Positions 1-8,605 of a stretch of 50,299 nt of DNA are shown piece after piece. A program made the position numbers and the translations under genes. The notes below the pieces were generated by a model. It saw only the letters and a program-made list of their open reading frames with translations. It was not told where the DNA came from and ran no database searches. Source of the DNA: Candidatus Woesearchaeota archaeon (GTDB lineage: Archaea; Nanobdellota; Nanobdellia; Pacearchaeales; GW2011-AR1); the NCBI GenBank assembly GCA_964549155.1, contig CAZJUG010000002.1, forward strand, positions 1 through 50,299. The letters are read 5' to 3'. Within the stretch, counting starts at the first letter, position 1. Every line of letters starts with the position of its first letter.

Positions 1-727
1 TTGAAGTATTCCATCCACTGATATCCCCATTGAAGGCTCTTGCTCCGTTAAACATTCCATACATGGTTATAACCTTGGAAGTATCCCAGTTTCCGATGTC
101 TTGGTTGAATACTGTTGCTCCGTTAAACATATCCTGCATAGTTGTAACTTTTGAAGTGTCCCAATCACCTATATTTTTTATATCTGTCAAAGTAGTACAA
201 GCTCTAAATGCTTGAAGAAATGAAGTCGTTCCTGTTAAATCTAAAGTATCATTCACATTACTTAAATTTAAATTAGAACATCCATAAAAATAACCCCCCG
301 TATTTCCTAAATTTAAAGTTCCCCATTGTTTTATTTCTAAAATCTTTGCTTTGTCTCCGCCATTATTGAATCTGAATCCTTGAATTGTTCCATTAATTAA
401 GATTTCCACAACTCCCGAAGCATTAAAATTAATAGTCCTATTATCATAATGTGTAACATGAACCATTCCTTCGGTTATATTTTTACTTCTTACTGTGAAA
501 TCATAAGTTCCACCAACTTCTAAAGGTAATGTTATTTGAGTTGAATTAGATGTTCCTGCATTGTCTGTTTTCCAGACGGAAATAAAGTCGGATTCGTTTA
601 CTTCGAAAATATCTGCACTCCCAAACCCAGCTAAGAACACAAACAGAAAAACAAACGCTATCCCAAAGAATAAACCTCTTTTTCTCATAACTCTAAAACA
701 ACAACTATCGTTTTTAAGCATTGTCAT
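1..727 (-). CDS. BspA/DUF285-type repeat surface protein, N-terminal part (gene continues past the left edge of the window)
   Basis: Absent from the ORF track because it runs off the window. My minus-strand translation gives MTMLKNDSCCFRV-MRKRGLFFGIAFVFLFVFLAGFGSA (signal/anchor-like). Tandem DUF285-type units follow: GDWDTSKVTTMQDMFNGATVFNQDIGNWDTSKVITMYGMFNGARAFNGDISGWNTS. Start is at 727 (ATGA overlap with the upstream small ORF) or at 688. Confidence 0.7.
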   Translation of the reverse strand, partial: MTMLKNDSCCFRVMRKRGLFFGIAFVFLFVFLAGFGSADIFEVNESDFISVWKTDNAGTSNSTQITLPLEVGGTYDFTVRSKNITEGMVHVTHYDNRTINFNASGVVEILINGTIQGFRFNNGGDKAKILEIKQWGTLNLGNTGGYFYGCSNLNLSNVNDTLDLTGTTSFLQAFRACTTLTDIKNIGDWDTSKVTTMQDMFNGATVFNQDIGNWDTSKVITMYGMFNGARAFNGDISGWNTS

Positions 728-858
728 TTCCTTCCCTCCTTTTCAAGCAATTCAATCAATGCCTTATTCAAAGAAAGAGAACGTGGAACTTTGTTCTTCC
801 AGTTTTCCCAAACCTCTTCCGGAACTTCCAAGAGAAATTTCTTAGTTTTCTTAGTCAT
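724..858 (-). CDS. Small ribbon-helix-helix (CopG/Arc-like) protein, 44 aa
   Basis: Own translation, below the track size cutoff: MTKKTKKFLLEVPEEVWENWKNKVPRSLSLNKALIELLEKEGRK. Layout is basic N-terminus, short strand, then two helices. Its stop overlaps the ATG at 727 of the downstream gene. Confidence 0.5.
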   Translation of the reverse strand: MTKKTKKFLLEVPEEVWENWKNKVPRSLSLNKALIELLEKEGRK

Positions 859-1010
859 TTAGTTAGTAAAACTTAGTTAGACAAAGTTTTAATTTACTAA
901 AGTTATAAATACTAACTATTTAAATCTATCTGAAAAACGCTCTAGCAATTCATAAGCTAAACAAAGGTTTAAATAGATTCAACCCGAAAAATATAAAAAA
1001 GAGGAAAAGA

Positions 1011-1397
1011 ATGTCAAACAAATCAAAAGGTTCTAAAGCAGAAAGAGAACTATTTAAGATGTTTATAGATAATAACTACCGAGCAGTTCGAGTAGCTGGT
1101 TCTGGAACTATGGAAAATGCAGATTGTGACCTCCTTGCAGGAAAAATTGGTAAGAAATATGCCATTGAAGCAAAATCAACAAAAAGTCCGAACAAATACA
1201 TTTCTAAAGAACAAATAGAAAATTTCCTGATATTTTCAGAAATTTTTCAACTTACCCCTGTAATAGCAATAAGATTTAACCGAGAAGGATGGTTTTTCAT
1301 TTCTCCAAATCAACTAGAAGATTCTGGGAAAAATTTAGTAATAACTCTTAAAACAGCTAAGGAAATCGGAAAAAGGTTTTCACAATTTTTCGAATGA
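1011..1397 (+). CDS. hjc: Holliday junction resolvase Hjc
   Basis: 128 aa. KGSKAERELFKMF...AVRVAGSG...CDLLAGK...YAIEAKSTK matches the archaeal Hjc nuclease core (ER..., SG, D-x-x-A, E-x-K). Confidence 0.85.
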   Translation: MSNKSKGSKAERELFKMFIDNNYRAVRVAGSGTMENADCDLLAGKIGKKYAIEAKSTKSPNKYISKEQIENFLIFSEIFQLTPVIAIRFNREGWFFISPNQLEDSGKNLVITLKTAKEIGKRFSQFFE

Positions 1398-1939
1398 AAA
1401 AATTAATTATTTTTTTAACTCTAAGTATGATTCTCTTTTCTGTTTCTGCAGAATGCTTAGAAAACCAAATTGATATTAATATTGCTTCGTTAGAAGAGTT
1501 AGATACATTGAGCGGAATTGGACCTGCTTATGCACAAAGAATAATTGATGCAAGACCATTCTATTCAATAGACGAACTGACAAAAGTAAAGGGAATTGGA
1601 CCCGCAACATTAGAAAAAATAAAAACACAAGGATTGGCATGTGTTACATCAGAAATTAAAGAAGAATCCTTAGAAGAAAAACCAAAAGAAGAATCAGAAG
1701 AGCCAATCGCTGAATTAGAATCAGTTGAAAGAGAAGAAATAACAGCTGAACAAACAAAAACACCTGAAGAACAAATTCCAACAGAAAGTATTATAAAGCT
1801 AAATAAACAAGAAGAAAAAGAAAACAAGGTAACTGGAGAAGTTATTTATGAATCAAAAACAGAGAAAATAAGGAAATATTCAATTTATGTTTTCTCAATA
1901 ATCTTGATTATAATACTTTTCCTTATATTAAAAAGATAA
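1394..1939 (+). CDS. Secreted/membrane-anchored ComEA-like helix-hairpin-helix DNA-binding protein
   Basis: N-terminal signal-like segment, then tandem HhH motifs (LDTLSGIGPAYAQRIIDARPF...LTKVKGIGPATLEKIK). An E/K-rich acidic linker and a C-terminal TM helix follow. ATGA overlap with the hjc stop. Confidence 0.7.
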   Translation: MKKLIIFLTLSMILFSVSAECLENQIDINIASLEELDTLSGIGPAYAQRIIDARPFYSIDELTKVKGIGPATLEKIKTQGLACVTSEIKEESLEEKPKEESEEPIAELESVEREEITAEQTKTPEEQIPTESIIKLNKQEEKENKVTGEVIYESKTEKIRKYSIYVFSIILIIILFLILKR

Positions 1940-1940
1940 A

Positions 1941-2408
1941 ATGGCAGAAAAAAGGATACAGGCAGTAATGATTGTAGAGGTCGCTGGAAGACCTGCAGAA
2001 TATGTAAAAGAGGGTCTTGAGACCCATACAGCAAGACTAAATCAAATGCCAGATGTAGAAATAATTTCTAAAAATCTCTCAGAACCAAAGAGGATAGAAC
2101 ATCAAGAAGAGGCATATGTTTGTTTTGCAGAAATTGAATTTAGTGTTCCAACTTTCCAAAGATTGATGGATTTAGTCTTTGATTTTATGCCTTCTTCAAT
2201 AGAAATCCTAGAACCTGGGAGGATAGAAATGGACTCTCAAGAAGCAACAATGTTTGTAAATAATCTTGCGGGCAGATTACACCGATATGATGAAATAGCA
2301 AAAATTGCACAATTCAAGATAAAACAATTAACAGAGCAATTGGCAGAAGTTAAAAAACAAGAACCAGAAAAACAAAAGAAAAAAGCAAAAAAGAAATCTA
2401 AAACTTAG
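1941..2408 (+). CDS. Hypothetical protein with Lys-rich C-terminal tail
   Basis: Long ORF starting 2 nt after the preceding stop. No family recognised. Confidence 0.5.
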   Translation: MAEKRIQAVMIVEVAGRPAEYVKEGLETHTARLNQMPDVEIISKNLSEPKRIEHQEEAYVCFAEIEFSVPTFQRLMDLVFDFMPSSIEILEPGRIEMDSQEATMFVNNLAGRLHRYDEIAKIAQFKIKQLTEQLAEVKKQEPEKQKKKAKKKSKT

Positions 2409-3618
2409 AAGTTGATTTAACATCCTTAAATTTTTTATAGACTATTAATCCTAAAGCAATTGCAGCTGCAACCGAAAGAAATCCTAAAAGATAATTCTTT
2501 TTTGGAGCAGGATAAAGCTCATCGCTACCCTTACACTCCCCACCAACACAACAAAAACCATTTAAAATCCGCACACTCCCACCAACACATTCTTGATTTA
2601 TCAAACAAATCTCTCCCCCCACATCTGCACAAGTTAAATTTTGTTCAATGTCCTTGAATAACTCTACAAATTCTTCTTCATTTTCAAGAACATAAAAAGA
2701 TAAGAAAAGTTCACTTGAAAATTCTTCAAATTCGAAGATGATACTATCATTGAAAATCCCAGGGTTTTCAGAAAAAAATTCAAAAGTAAACTCCGAACTT
2801 TCCAGAGGCTCAATCTCCAAACTTTTATTATATTTTATCTTTTTAAGATTAGAATCTATCTTTAATGAGATAGATTCATTAAGATTGTTCCTTACACTAA
2901 AATAAAAAACTTCAGTTTTGTTTGTAGTGAGGTTTGCTTGAATCTTAGAAATTGACAAATTAAATGGAAATAAAATTTCTTCTATTTGACTCTCATTAGT
3001 TATGTTTGTTAAATTTATAATAGGAACCTCATCTTCAGAAGAAAGATTAAAGTAAACAACCGGAACCTTAAAGTTTTTGTAACTAGAAATATCCAAATAA
3101 AAAAATTCCCCTGAAGGAGAAATATTCACTCTCTTAGAAGAATTTAATTCTATATCATAAGTTTCGCCTTGTACACTTACACTCAATGCCTCCGAACCTA
3201 TATTTTTTAAAAGAATAGAAAGATTATAACTTGAAATAACCCCGGGAGTGACTGTTAAAACTTGGCTACCTGCAATGCCAACACTCACCGAATGATTTAT
3301 TGAGCCTACCTTAAGAGTAGTGTTATCATAATAAAGAAAATCATTTACCACTAAACTGAAATTACCTTCTTTTGGAAAAACAACATAAATGAAAGTAGTG
3401 TTTTTGTATCTCAAAATATCTTTTTCAAAAAAAACTTCTCTCCTACCCTCAAGAATCTTAACATCATTCTTAGTTAAATCGTTCTTCAAATTTGCTTCAA
3501 ACTCTCCAACAAAAGTCTCCCCTGCATTAATCTCTCCATTTAATTCTTCAAGAAGGAGAGGACTCACTAGATTAATACAAAAGACAAAAATTACAAATAA
3601 CAGCCATCCCTTTTCCAT
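2398..3618 (-). CDS. Secreted protein with many N-x-S/T sequons, a juxtamembrane Cys-rich module and a C-terminal TM anchor
   Basis: Signal-like N-terminus MEKGWLLFVIFVFCINLV. Cys-rich module CADVGGEICLINQECVGGSVRILNGFCCVGGEC followed by the LLGFLSVAAAIALGLIVY anchor. Confidence 0.65.
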   Translation of the reverse strand: MEKGWLLFVIFVFCINLVSPLLLEELNGEINAGETFVGEFEANLKNDLTKNDVKILEGRREVFFEKDILRYKNTTFIYVVFPKEGNFSLVVNDFLYYDNTTLKVGSINHSVSVGIAGSQVLTVTPGVISSYNLSILLKNIGSEALSVSVQGETYDIELNSSKRVNISPSGEFFYLDISSYKNFKVPVVYFNLSSEDEVPIINLTNITNESQIEEILFPFNLSISKIQANLTTNKTEVFYFSVRNNLNESISLKIDSNLKKIKYNKSLEIEPLESSEFTFEFFSENPGIFNDSIIFEFEEFSSELFLSFYVLENEEEFVELFKDIEQNLTCADVGGEICLINQECVGGSVRILNGFCCVGGECKGSDELYPAPKKNYLLGFLSVAAAIALGLIVYKKFKDVKSTSKF

Positions 3619-3619
3619 A

Positions 3620-5599
3620 TTACTTTCTCATTTCCTTTAATCTTGCAAAAGCATCTTGGGGACCATTCTGAATAGGAGGTCTTTGCATAGGTCTTCCAAG
3701 AGGCGGAGTCATTGGTCTTCCCATAGGTCTAACTAACGGAGGAAAACCGGGCCTTGGAGCTCCAGGACCGCCAAAAGGAGGTCTTTGCATACCTGGACCA
3801 CCTTGTGGACCCTTTTTCCTATTTTTATACTTATAAATTAATACCTTGATTCTGTCCTTGAACACTATAGCAAGAACAATTGATAATATTAAAATCCCAA
3901 TTAACAACCAAACCCAGATAGGAACTCCCCCATCATCAGAACCGGGAGAAGAAGACTTCGCACAACAAACTTTAGAACTATCATCACAAGAATAACTAAC
4001 CTCTTCTTGACTAGATAAACAAGAACTTCTACAACTATAACCATAATCTTCACATTCAGTTGTTGAAGGAGACTTTTCAACACAATCTCCTAAACAACAA
4101 GTTCCATCAGAAGCTTTCTTAGTTGAACCTGAACAGATAAGATCTCCCTTACAGATGGTTCCTAACAAATCCGAACAAGTCTTTAGTTGTGATACATCCT
4201 TACTACAACAGATAGTATTGCCCCCGCAAAAATAATTCCCTAATTTCTCTCCCCCAATATCATTACAATCAAATGAACCTGAACAGAAATAACCTGCATC
4301 TTCACATTTAGTAACTGGAGAAATAATAATCTCTGAATCTGTCTCTGCTTGTCTTTGCTCTAAAGCCCACAACAAAAATGCAGTATCTCTTATATTTCTA
4401 GAATTCCAACACCCATTCGCTTCTTGTTTAAAGTTCCAGACCCAATTTCTTGCAGAAACTAATTGTTCTTGAGTATTTTTTGGTCCAAAGACTAACAAAG
4501 CAAGAGCAGTATCATACATCTGCCCATAAACACTATTATCGGCCTCCCAATAAGTTCCACTTTTTTGCTGTTGAATAATTTTATTTCCATAAAGAGAACT
4601 ATATTCCAAGATTAAATAATTCAAAGCAGCAGGAAAATACATATAATTAGAATCTTCTCCAGAAATCAAATAAGGAACAAAAGGTTTGATGTCATAATCC
4701 TGTCTCTTCAAAGCATAAACCGCCCAAGCAGTATCCTCAAAGTTACATCCAGCCCCAGAACCAAAACATCTTGAGTCTACCTCTAATCTTACCTCTTGAT
4801 TTGCTGCAGTTCTACTTGTCTCTGAAAGAATATTTAGAGTAGGTGAACCGAAGGTTGTGTAATGCCACCCTGCAAAAAATTCTTTATCGCAACTCAAAAC
4901 AAATTCTGTATCAAAACAATTTTCATTTAGTCTTAACCAATAATTTGTTTGGGCAAAATTAAAACAAGGCCCTAGATTTCCACTAAGTTTTTTGTTCTCT
5001 TTAGCACTAAATAAATAATCCTCTCCATCATAAGTAATCTTACAATTAACATCTCCAACAGAATCTTGTTGTAAGAACCATTCAACATCACTAGAGGTCT
5101 TATTCTGTTTATATAACCAATCGATAAACTGAGTCACATTTTTTCCGACATGATCAAGAGCAAGAATCGCCCAAGCAGTTTCCTTAATTCCACAGTTATT
5201 ATTATCTCCAAAACATCCTTCAGTTTTATTCTTTTTTAATAATTGATTGACACAAGCACCTGTAATATTCTCTGGAGATGCTAAAATAGAAAAAGCTAAT
5301 TGTTGAACAGTTGTCGCCCCCGAGCAATCAGATTTTAATTCATTAGACAAACATTGGAATGCCTTATCTACCTTAGAAAGATTCGCTTCCGAAACACAAC
5401 TCTGATTTAAAATAGGATTCCCACCAGAACAATTTTCAGGGCTAGAAGTCAAGATAGTTCTAGTCTGGATACCTGAAACACATGAACTCCAATCAGAATA
5501 TGTAAAAGAAGTGCAATCTCCCGAAGAAACTAAAGAAAAAATAAAAACTGCAAACAGAAAATACATACAAAAAATTACAAACTTTCCTCTTTTCCCCAT
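3620..5599 (-). CDS. Secreted alpha/alpha-toroid (prenyltransferase/terpene-cyclase-like repeat) protein with three Cys-rich modules, a TM anchor and a Pro/Gly-rich cytoplasmic tail
   Basis: Signal-like N-terminus. Recurrent TAWAILAL / TAWAVYAL / DTALALLVF / DTAFLLWAL helix motifs. C-rich modules, TM segment WVWLLIGILILSIVLAIVF, and a tail with GRPM repeats. Its stop lies 1 nt from the start of the downstream gene. Confidence 0.7.
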   Translation of the reverse strand: MGKRGKFVIFCMYFLFAVFIFSLVSSGDCTSFTYSDWSSCVSGIQTRTILTSSPENCSGGNPILNQSCVSEANLSKVDKAFQCLSNELKSDCSGATTVQQLAFSILASPENITGACVNQLLKKNKTEGCFGDNNNCGIKETAWAILALDHVGKNVTQFIDWLYKQNKTSSDVEWFLQQDSVGDVNCKITYDGEDYLFSAKENKKLSGNLGPCFNFAQTNYWLRLNENCFDTEFVLSCDKEFFAGWHYTTFGSPTLNILSETSRTAANQEVRLEVDSRCFGSGAGCNFEDTAWAVYALKRQDYDIKPFVPYLISGEDSNYMYFPAALNYLILEYSSLYGNKIIQQQKSGTYWEADNSVYGQMYDTALALLVFGPKNTQEQLVSARNWVWNFKQEANGCWNSRNIRDTAFLLWALEQRQAETDSEIIISPVTKCEDAGYFCSGSFDCNDIGGEKLGNYFCGGNTICCSKDVSQLKTCSDLLGTICKGDLICSGSTKKASDGTCCLGDCVEKSPSTTECEDYGYSCRSSCLSSQEEVSYSCDDSSKVCCAKSSSPGSDDGGVPIWVWLLIGILILSIVLAIVFKDRIKVLIYKYKNRKKGPQGGPGMQRPPFGGPGAPRPGFPPLVRPMGRPMTPPLGRPMQRPPIQNGPQDAFARLKEMRK

Positions 5600-5617
5600 C
5601 TTTTTTTTATATTTTGA

Positions 5618-7114
5618 TTATTTATTAAACTTTCCTTTATTTAATTTAGACTTTTGCCTAAATATCTCTCGAATTGTAAAGTTTATAGGGTTTTTAAAAC
5701 CTTCAGTTTTCATCAGTACTCCCAACTCCTTGTAAATAGGTTTATCATAATTTGGAGGAAGTCGTTTATTTTTTAATGCCCATTCTATTTGTGATCGTAC
5801 ATATCCTTCCTTCAGAGGATTATAATTTTTTTTATTCCATTCGGTAATCTTCTCTTCCATGTAATCTCTGGGAAGATTCAAAGAAGAAAAAAAAGCAACG
5901 AGAATTCCTAATGCCCTTTTTCTTCCATCAGACTTTATGCCTTCAAGAATCTTATTTATAGTTGAAGGGAACATTTTCTCGCTAACCTTGACTCCAGATA
6001 AATCTATCTCCTTACCATCATATTTCTTTGTTTTTTCTTGTTTTTTTTCAACCCAGTCCAATGCATTCAAAAGAAGTTTTTTAGCCTCATCTTTCTTGGG
6101 AGTTAAATAAAACGGACGAATCTTCACTCTTAAAGGATCAGCATTAGAAGGAACAAAATTAGTTATATCCTCCGGAGATAAAACTGCCGAACAGAGAGCA
6201 GTCTTCTCATGTAGTGAATATGGTGCCCTAAATAAATGTCTCGGAGCAACTAAAATAATATCTACAGAATCAATCAATGAAGAAGTCTTTAATTTTTTTT
6301 CAAATTTTTCAGGACTTTTTTTAGAATTGTCTTTATTGCCTGAAAAAAATGCTGGTTCTTCCCTAACTTTTTCCATGGCAGAATTGCAAACATTGCATCT
6401 CATTATCTTTCTCTTGGATTTTACTGGAACCATAGAAACCATGTGAGTATGACAATTCTTACAAACATATTCAGAAATTTTATCTTCAATCGCCAGTTCT
6501 CCCGTGGGAGTATAAATAACCTCAAATTCTATCTTTTCGTGAGGTTTTGTCATTTTCAAAATTTCTTCGTTCAACTTATCTTTTATTAGAGAATCTATAT
6601 ATCCTGCTATCGCACGGGGCCATTCGGGAAACATATCCTTTGTTTTTATTCCATTAACTTCCTCTGGAAAAGCACCCCATGGAACAATAAGATGGAAACC
6701 CTTAGAACCTGAAAATTTTATCCCAAAGTTTTCAACCCCATTATACTTAAGAGCTTTCATTATTAGGTCTGCAGCGATTTTTGAATAGTCTAAATATTTA
6801 GAATCTATATCTATTAAAAAATCCCACCCAGAACGAATAGTATTGTATTGTTCAGGAGTCATATTCGTATCTATTTTCAAAGGATCTATCCAAATTTCCT
6901 CAGAACAATGAAAACTAGTCGCCCCCTTCCTAACCAAATTTAAAACATCAGAAGGATAATCCAAAACATCAGGTCTTTTTCCAAAAAACTCCCTATTGAA
7001 GTTTGGCACAGTTTCCCGATTCTTACAAAACCTAAAGATTTCATCTTGAATATCCTTCCTAGAATAATAAGATGTTGCAATAAGATTAATTTTCCTTAAA
7101 TTTTTCTCTTCCAT
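5618..7114 (-). CDS. priS: DNA primase: PriS catalytic domain fused to a PriL-CTD-like helical domain
   Basis: Motifs DFLIDIDS (DxD), SGSKGFHLIVPW, Zn knuckle CKNCHTHM...CNVCNS, FRAPYSLHEKT. The C-terminal MFPSTINKILEGI...RKRALGILVAFFSSLNLP resembles the PriL FPPCI...FL motif. The track start at 7162 is GTG. ATG at 7114 is preferred because a TTTAAA box lies about 25 nt upstream. Confidence 0.8.
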   Translation of the reverse strand: MEEKNLRKINLIATSYYSRKDIQDEIFRFCKNRETVPNFNREFFGKRPDVLDYPSDVLNLVRKGATSFHCSEEIWIDPLKIDTNMTPEQYNTIRSGWDFLIDIDSKYLDYSKIAADLIMKALKYNGVENFGIKFSGSKGFHLIVPWGAFPEEVNGIKTKDMFPEWPRAIAGYIDSLIKDKLNEEILKMTKPHEKIEFEVIYTPTGELAIEDKISEYVCKNCHTHMVSMVPVKSKRKIMRCNVCNSAMEKVREEPAFFSGNKDNSKKSPEKFEKKLKTSSLIDSVDIILVAPRHLFRAPYSLHEKTALCSAVLSPEDITNFVPSNADPLRVKIRPFYLTPKKDEAKKLLLNALDWVEKKQEKTKKYDGKEIDLSGVKVSEKMFPSTINKILEGIKSDGRKRALGILVAFFSSLNLPRDYMEEKITEWNKKNYNPLKEGYVRSQIEWALKNKRLPPNYDKPIYKELGVLMKTEGFKNPINFTIREIFRQKSKLNKGKFNK

Positions 7115-7204
7115 TAATACATCTAGAAAGCGGACTTTAAATAATTTGGTTTTTCCTACCACAACAATACTTATAAATCCATTCTTTTTATCAAGATAAA
7201 GGAA

Positions 7205-7927
7205 ATGATAACCAAATTAGATAACCCAAAAAAGTTGATAGATGCTATCTCCGTTATATCAGAATTAGTAACAGAAGTAAGACTAAAATTTTTAGATGAA
7301 GGCCTTTCTATTGTAGCAGTTGATCCTGCAAATGTAGCAATGGTCATATTCAAAATGCCAAAAGAAACATTTTCCCAGTATGAATCAGACAAAGAGGTGA
7401 TTGGAATAAACCTTGATGATTTGAAAAGAATCCTCAAAAGAGCATCTTCAGCTTCATCAATTAATTTTGAAACAGAAGACAATCAGTTAAAAATATCTGT
7501 TCTTGACAAATCTAAAAGAACATTTGTCCTCTCTATGATTGAATCAAATTCAGAAGAAAAAAATGAACCTTCATTAAATTTTGCATGCTCTATTGAAATG
7601 GAATCTGCAGACTTAACTCAAACAATTGAAGATTGTTTTGTTGTAGCAGATTCTTGTGCACTGATATCTCAAGACAATCAATTTGTAGTTGAAGCGAAAG
7701 GAAGTATAAACTCCGCAAAGAACGAATTTTCATCAGATGTTATTTCAATTTCAGGCACAGGAAAAGCAAAATACTCTTTAGAGTATTTGATGAAGTTTAT
7801 AAAAGCTTCAAAAATTTCCGATAAAGTAAAAATTAATTTTTCAGACAACTACCCTTTGAAATTAGAATTTATTGGAGACCAATTGGGTATAGCATTCGTT
7901 CTAGCTCCAAGAGTAGAAAACGATTAA
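7205..7927 (+). CDS. pcn: DNA polymerase sliding clamp PCNA
   Basis: 240 aa. The N-terminus (...LIDAISVISELVTEVRLKFLDEGLSIVAVDPANVAMV) and overall length are typical of archaeal PCNA. Divergent from the primase gene. Confidence 0.9.
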   Translation: MITKLDNPKKLIDAISVISELVTEVRLKFLDEGLSIVAVDPANVAMVIFKMPKETFSQYESDKEVIGINLDDLKRILKRASSASSINFETEDNQLKISVLDKSKRTFVLSMIESNSEEKNEPSLNFACSIEMESADLTQTIEDCFVVADSCALISQDNQFVVEAKGSINSAKNEFSSDVISISGTGKAKYSLEYLMKFIKASKISDKVKINFSDNYPLKLEFIGDQLGIAFVLAPRVEND

Positions 7928-7972
7928 TTAGTGTAGGAAAAGACTTTTAAATTGCAATTTCTTAATTGTTCT

Positions 7973-8569
7973 ATGACTAAACCTCAAATTAGTAAACTTA
8001 AAAAAATAGAGGACATTCTTATTAAAACGGGGATAGAGATTGCTAAAAAAGACGAAGGAGCTTTGTTTGTTATATCGGATAAATGCAAATACACTAAGTT
8101 ATTAAAACAAAAAATTGAAAAATTTTCTATATTTGAAAAAGGAGCACAAAAACTTCTTGTATCTATAGCAATGATAGATGGAGCTGTAGTCATAAATCAA
8201 GAAGGGATGGTTGTACAATATGGAGCAAAAATTGAATCGACTAGTACATTCAAGGGATATGGAACTAGACATTCCGCAGCATATTCCGTTTCAAAAACAA
8301 AAGATGCACTAGCTATTTTGGTATCGCAAGAGGAAAAAAAGATTAAGATATTCAAAGAAGGAAAAGTAATAGTTCAGATAGATGCTCTACAAAAAGGAGT
8401 AGAGAAACATGTTTCAAAAGCAAACGAAATTTTAGAAAGTATCGGGGTGGGAACACTTTCAACGATTGGGGTTTCGGCACTGGCCCCAACATTGGGAATA
8501 GCAATAGTTCCAGGGATTATATTATTCGGAGCACCATATTATCTATTTAGAAAATATCTTGCAGGGTAA
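7973..8569 (+). CDS. Diadenylate cyclase (DisA_N/DAC domain) with a C-terminal membrane hairpin
   Basis: GALFVIS...IDGAVVINQEG...GYGTRHSAAYSVS...AILVSQEEKKIKIFKEGK matches the DAC motifs (GALIVI, DGA, GTRHRAA, VSEE). A hydrophobic C-terminus follows (IGVGTLSTIGVSALAPTLGIAIVPGIILFGAPYYLF). The track start at 7952 is TTG; the first ATG is at 7973. Confidence 0.8.
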   Translation: MTKPQISKLKKIEDILIKTGIEIAKKDEGALFVISDKCKYTKLLKQKIEKFSIFEKGAQKLLVSIAMIDGAVVINQEGMVVQYGAKIESTSTFKGYGTRHSAAYSVSKTKDALAILVSQEEKKIKIFKEGKVIVQIDALQKGVEKHVSKANEILESIGVGTLSTIGVSALAPTLGIAIVPGIILFGAPYYLFRKYLAG

Positions 8570-8605
8570 TAAAAACAAAAGAGTTTTAAACATTCTAGCC
8601 CTGAA

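Noticed and set aside
30-845. Plus-strand track ORFs 30-215 and 561-845
   Set aside because: They lie antisense to a much better supported minus-strand gene (DUF285 repeat protein, 1-727) and the small RHH ORF. 561-845 also starts at TTG. I treat them as shadow frames.
7171-7482. Minus-strand ORF 7171-7482 and the many similar 60-125-aa ORFs inside larger genes (for example 1561-1827, 8893-9264, 9355-9663, 27278-27523, 37372-37749, 46023-46502, 47235-47495, 48366-48578)
   Set aside because: All are antisense or out of frame within long ORFs that carry recognisable conserved motifs. Their products are low-complexity and have no recognisable family.
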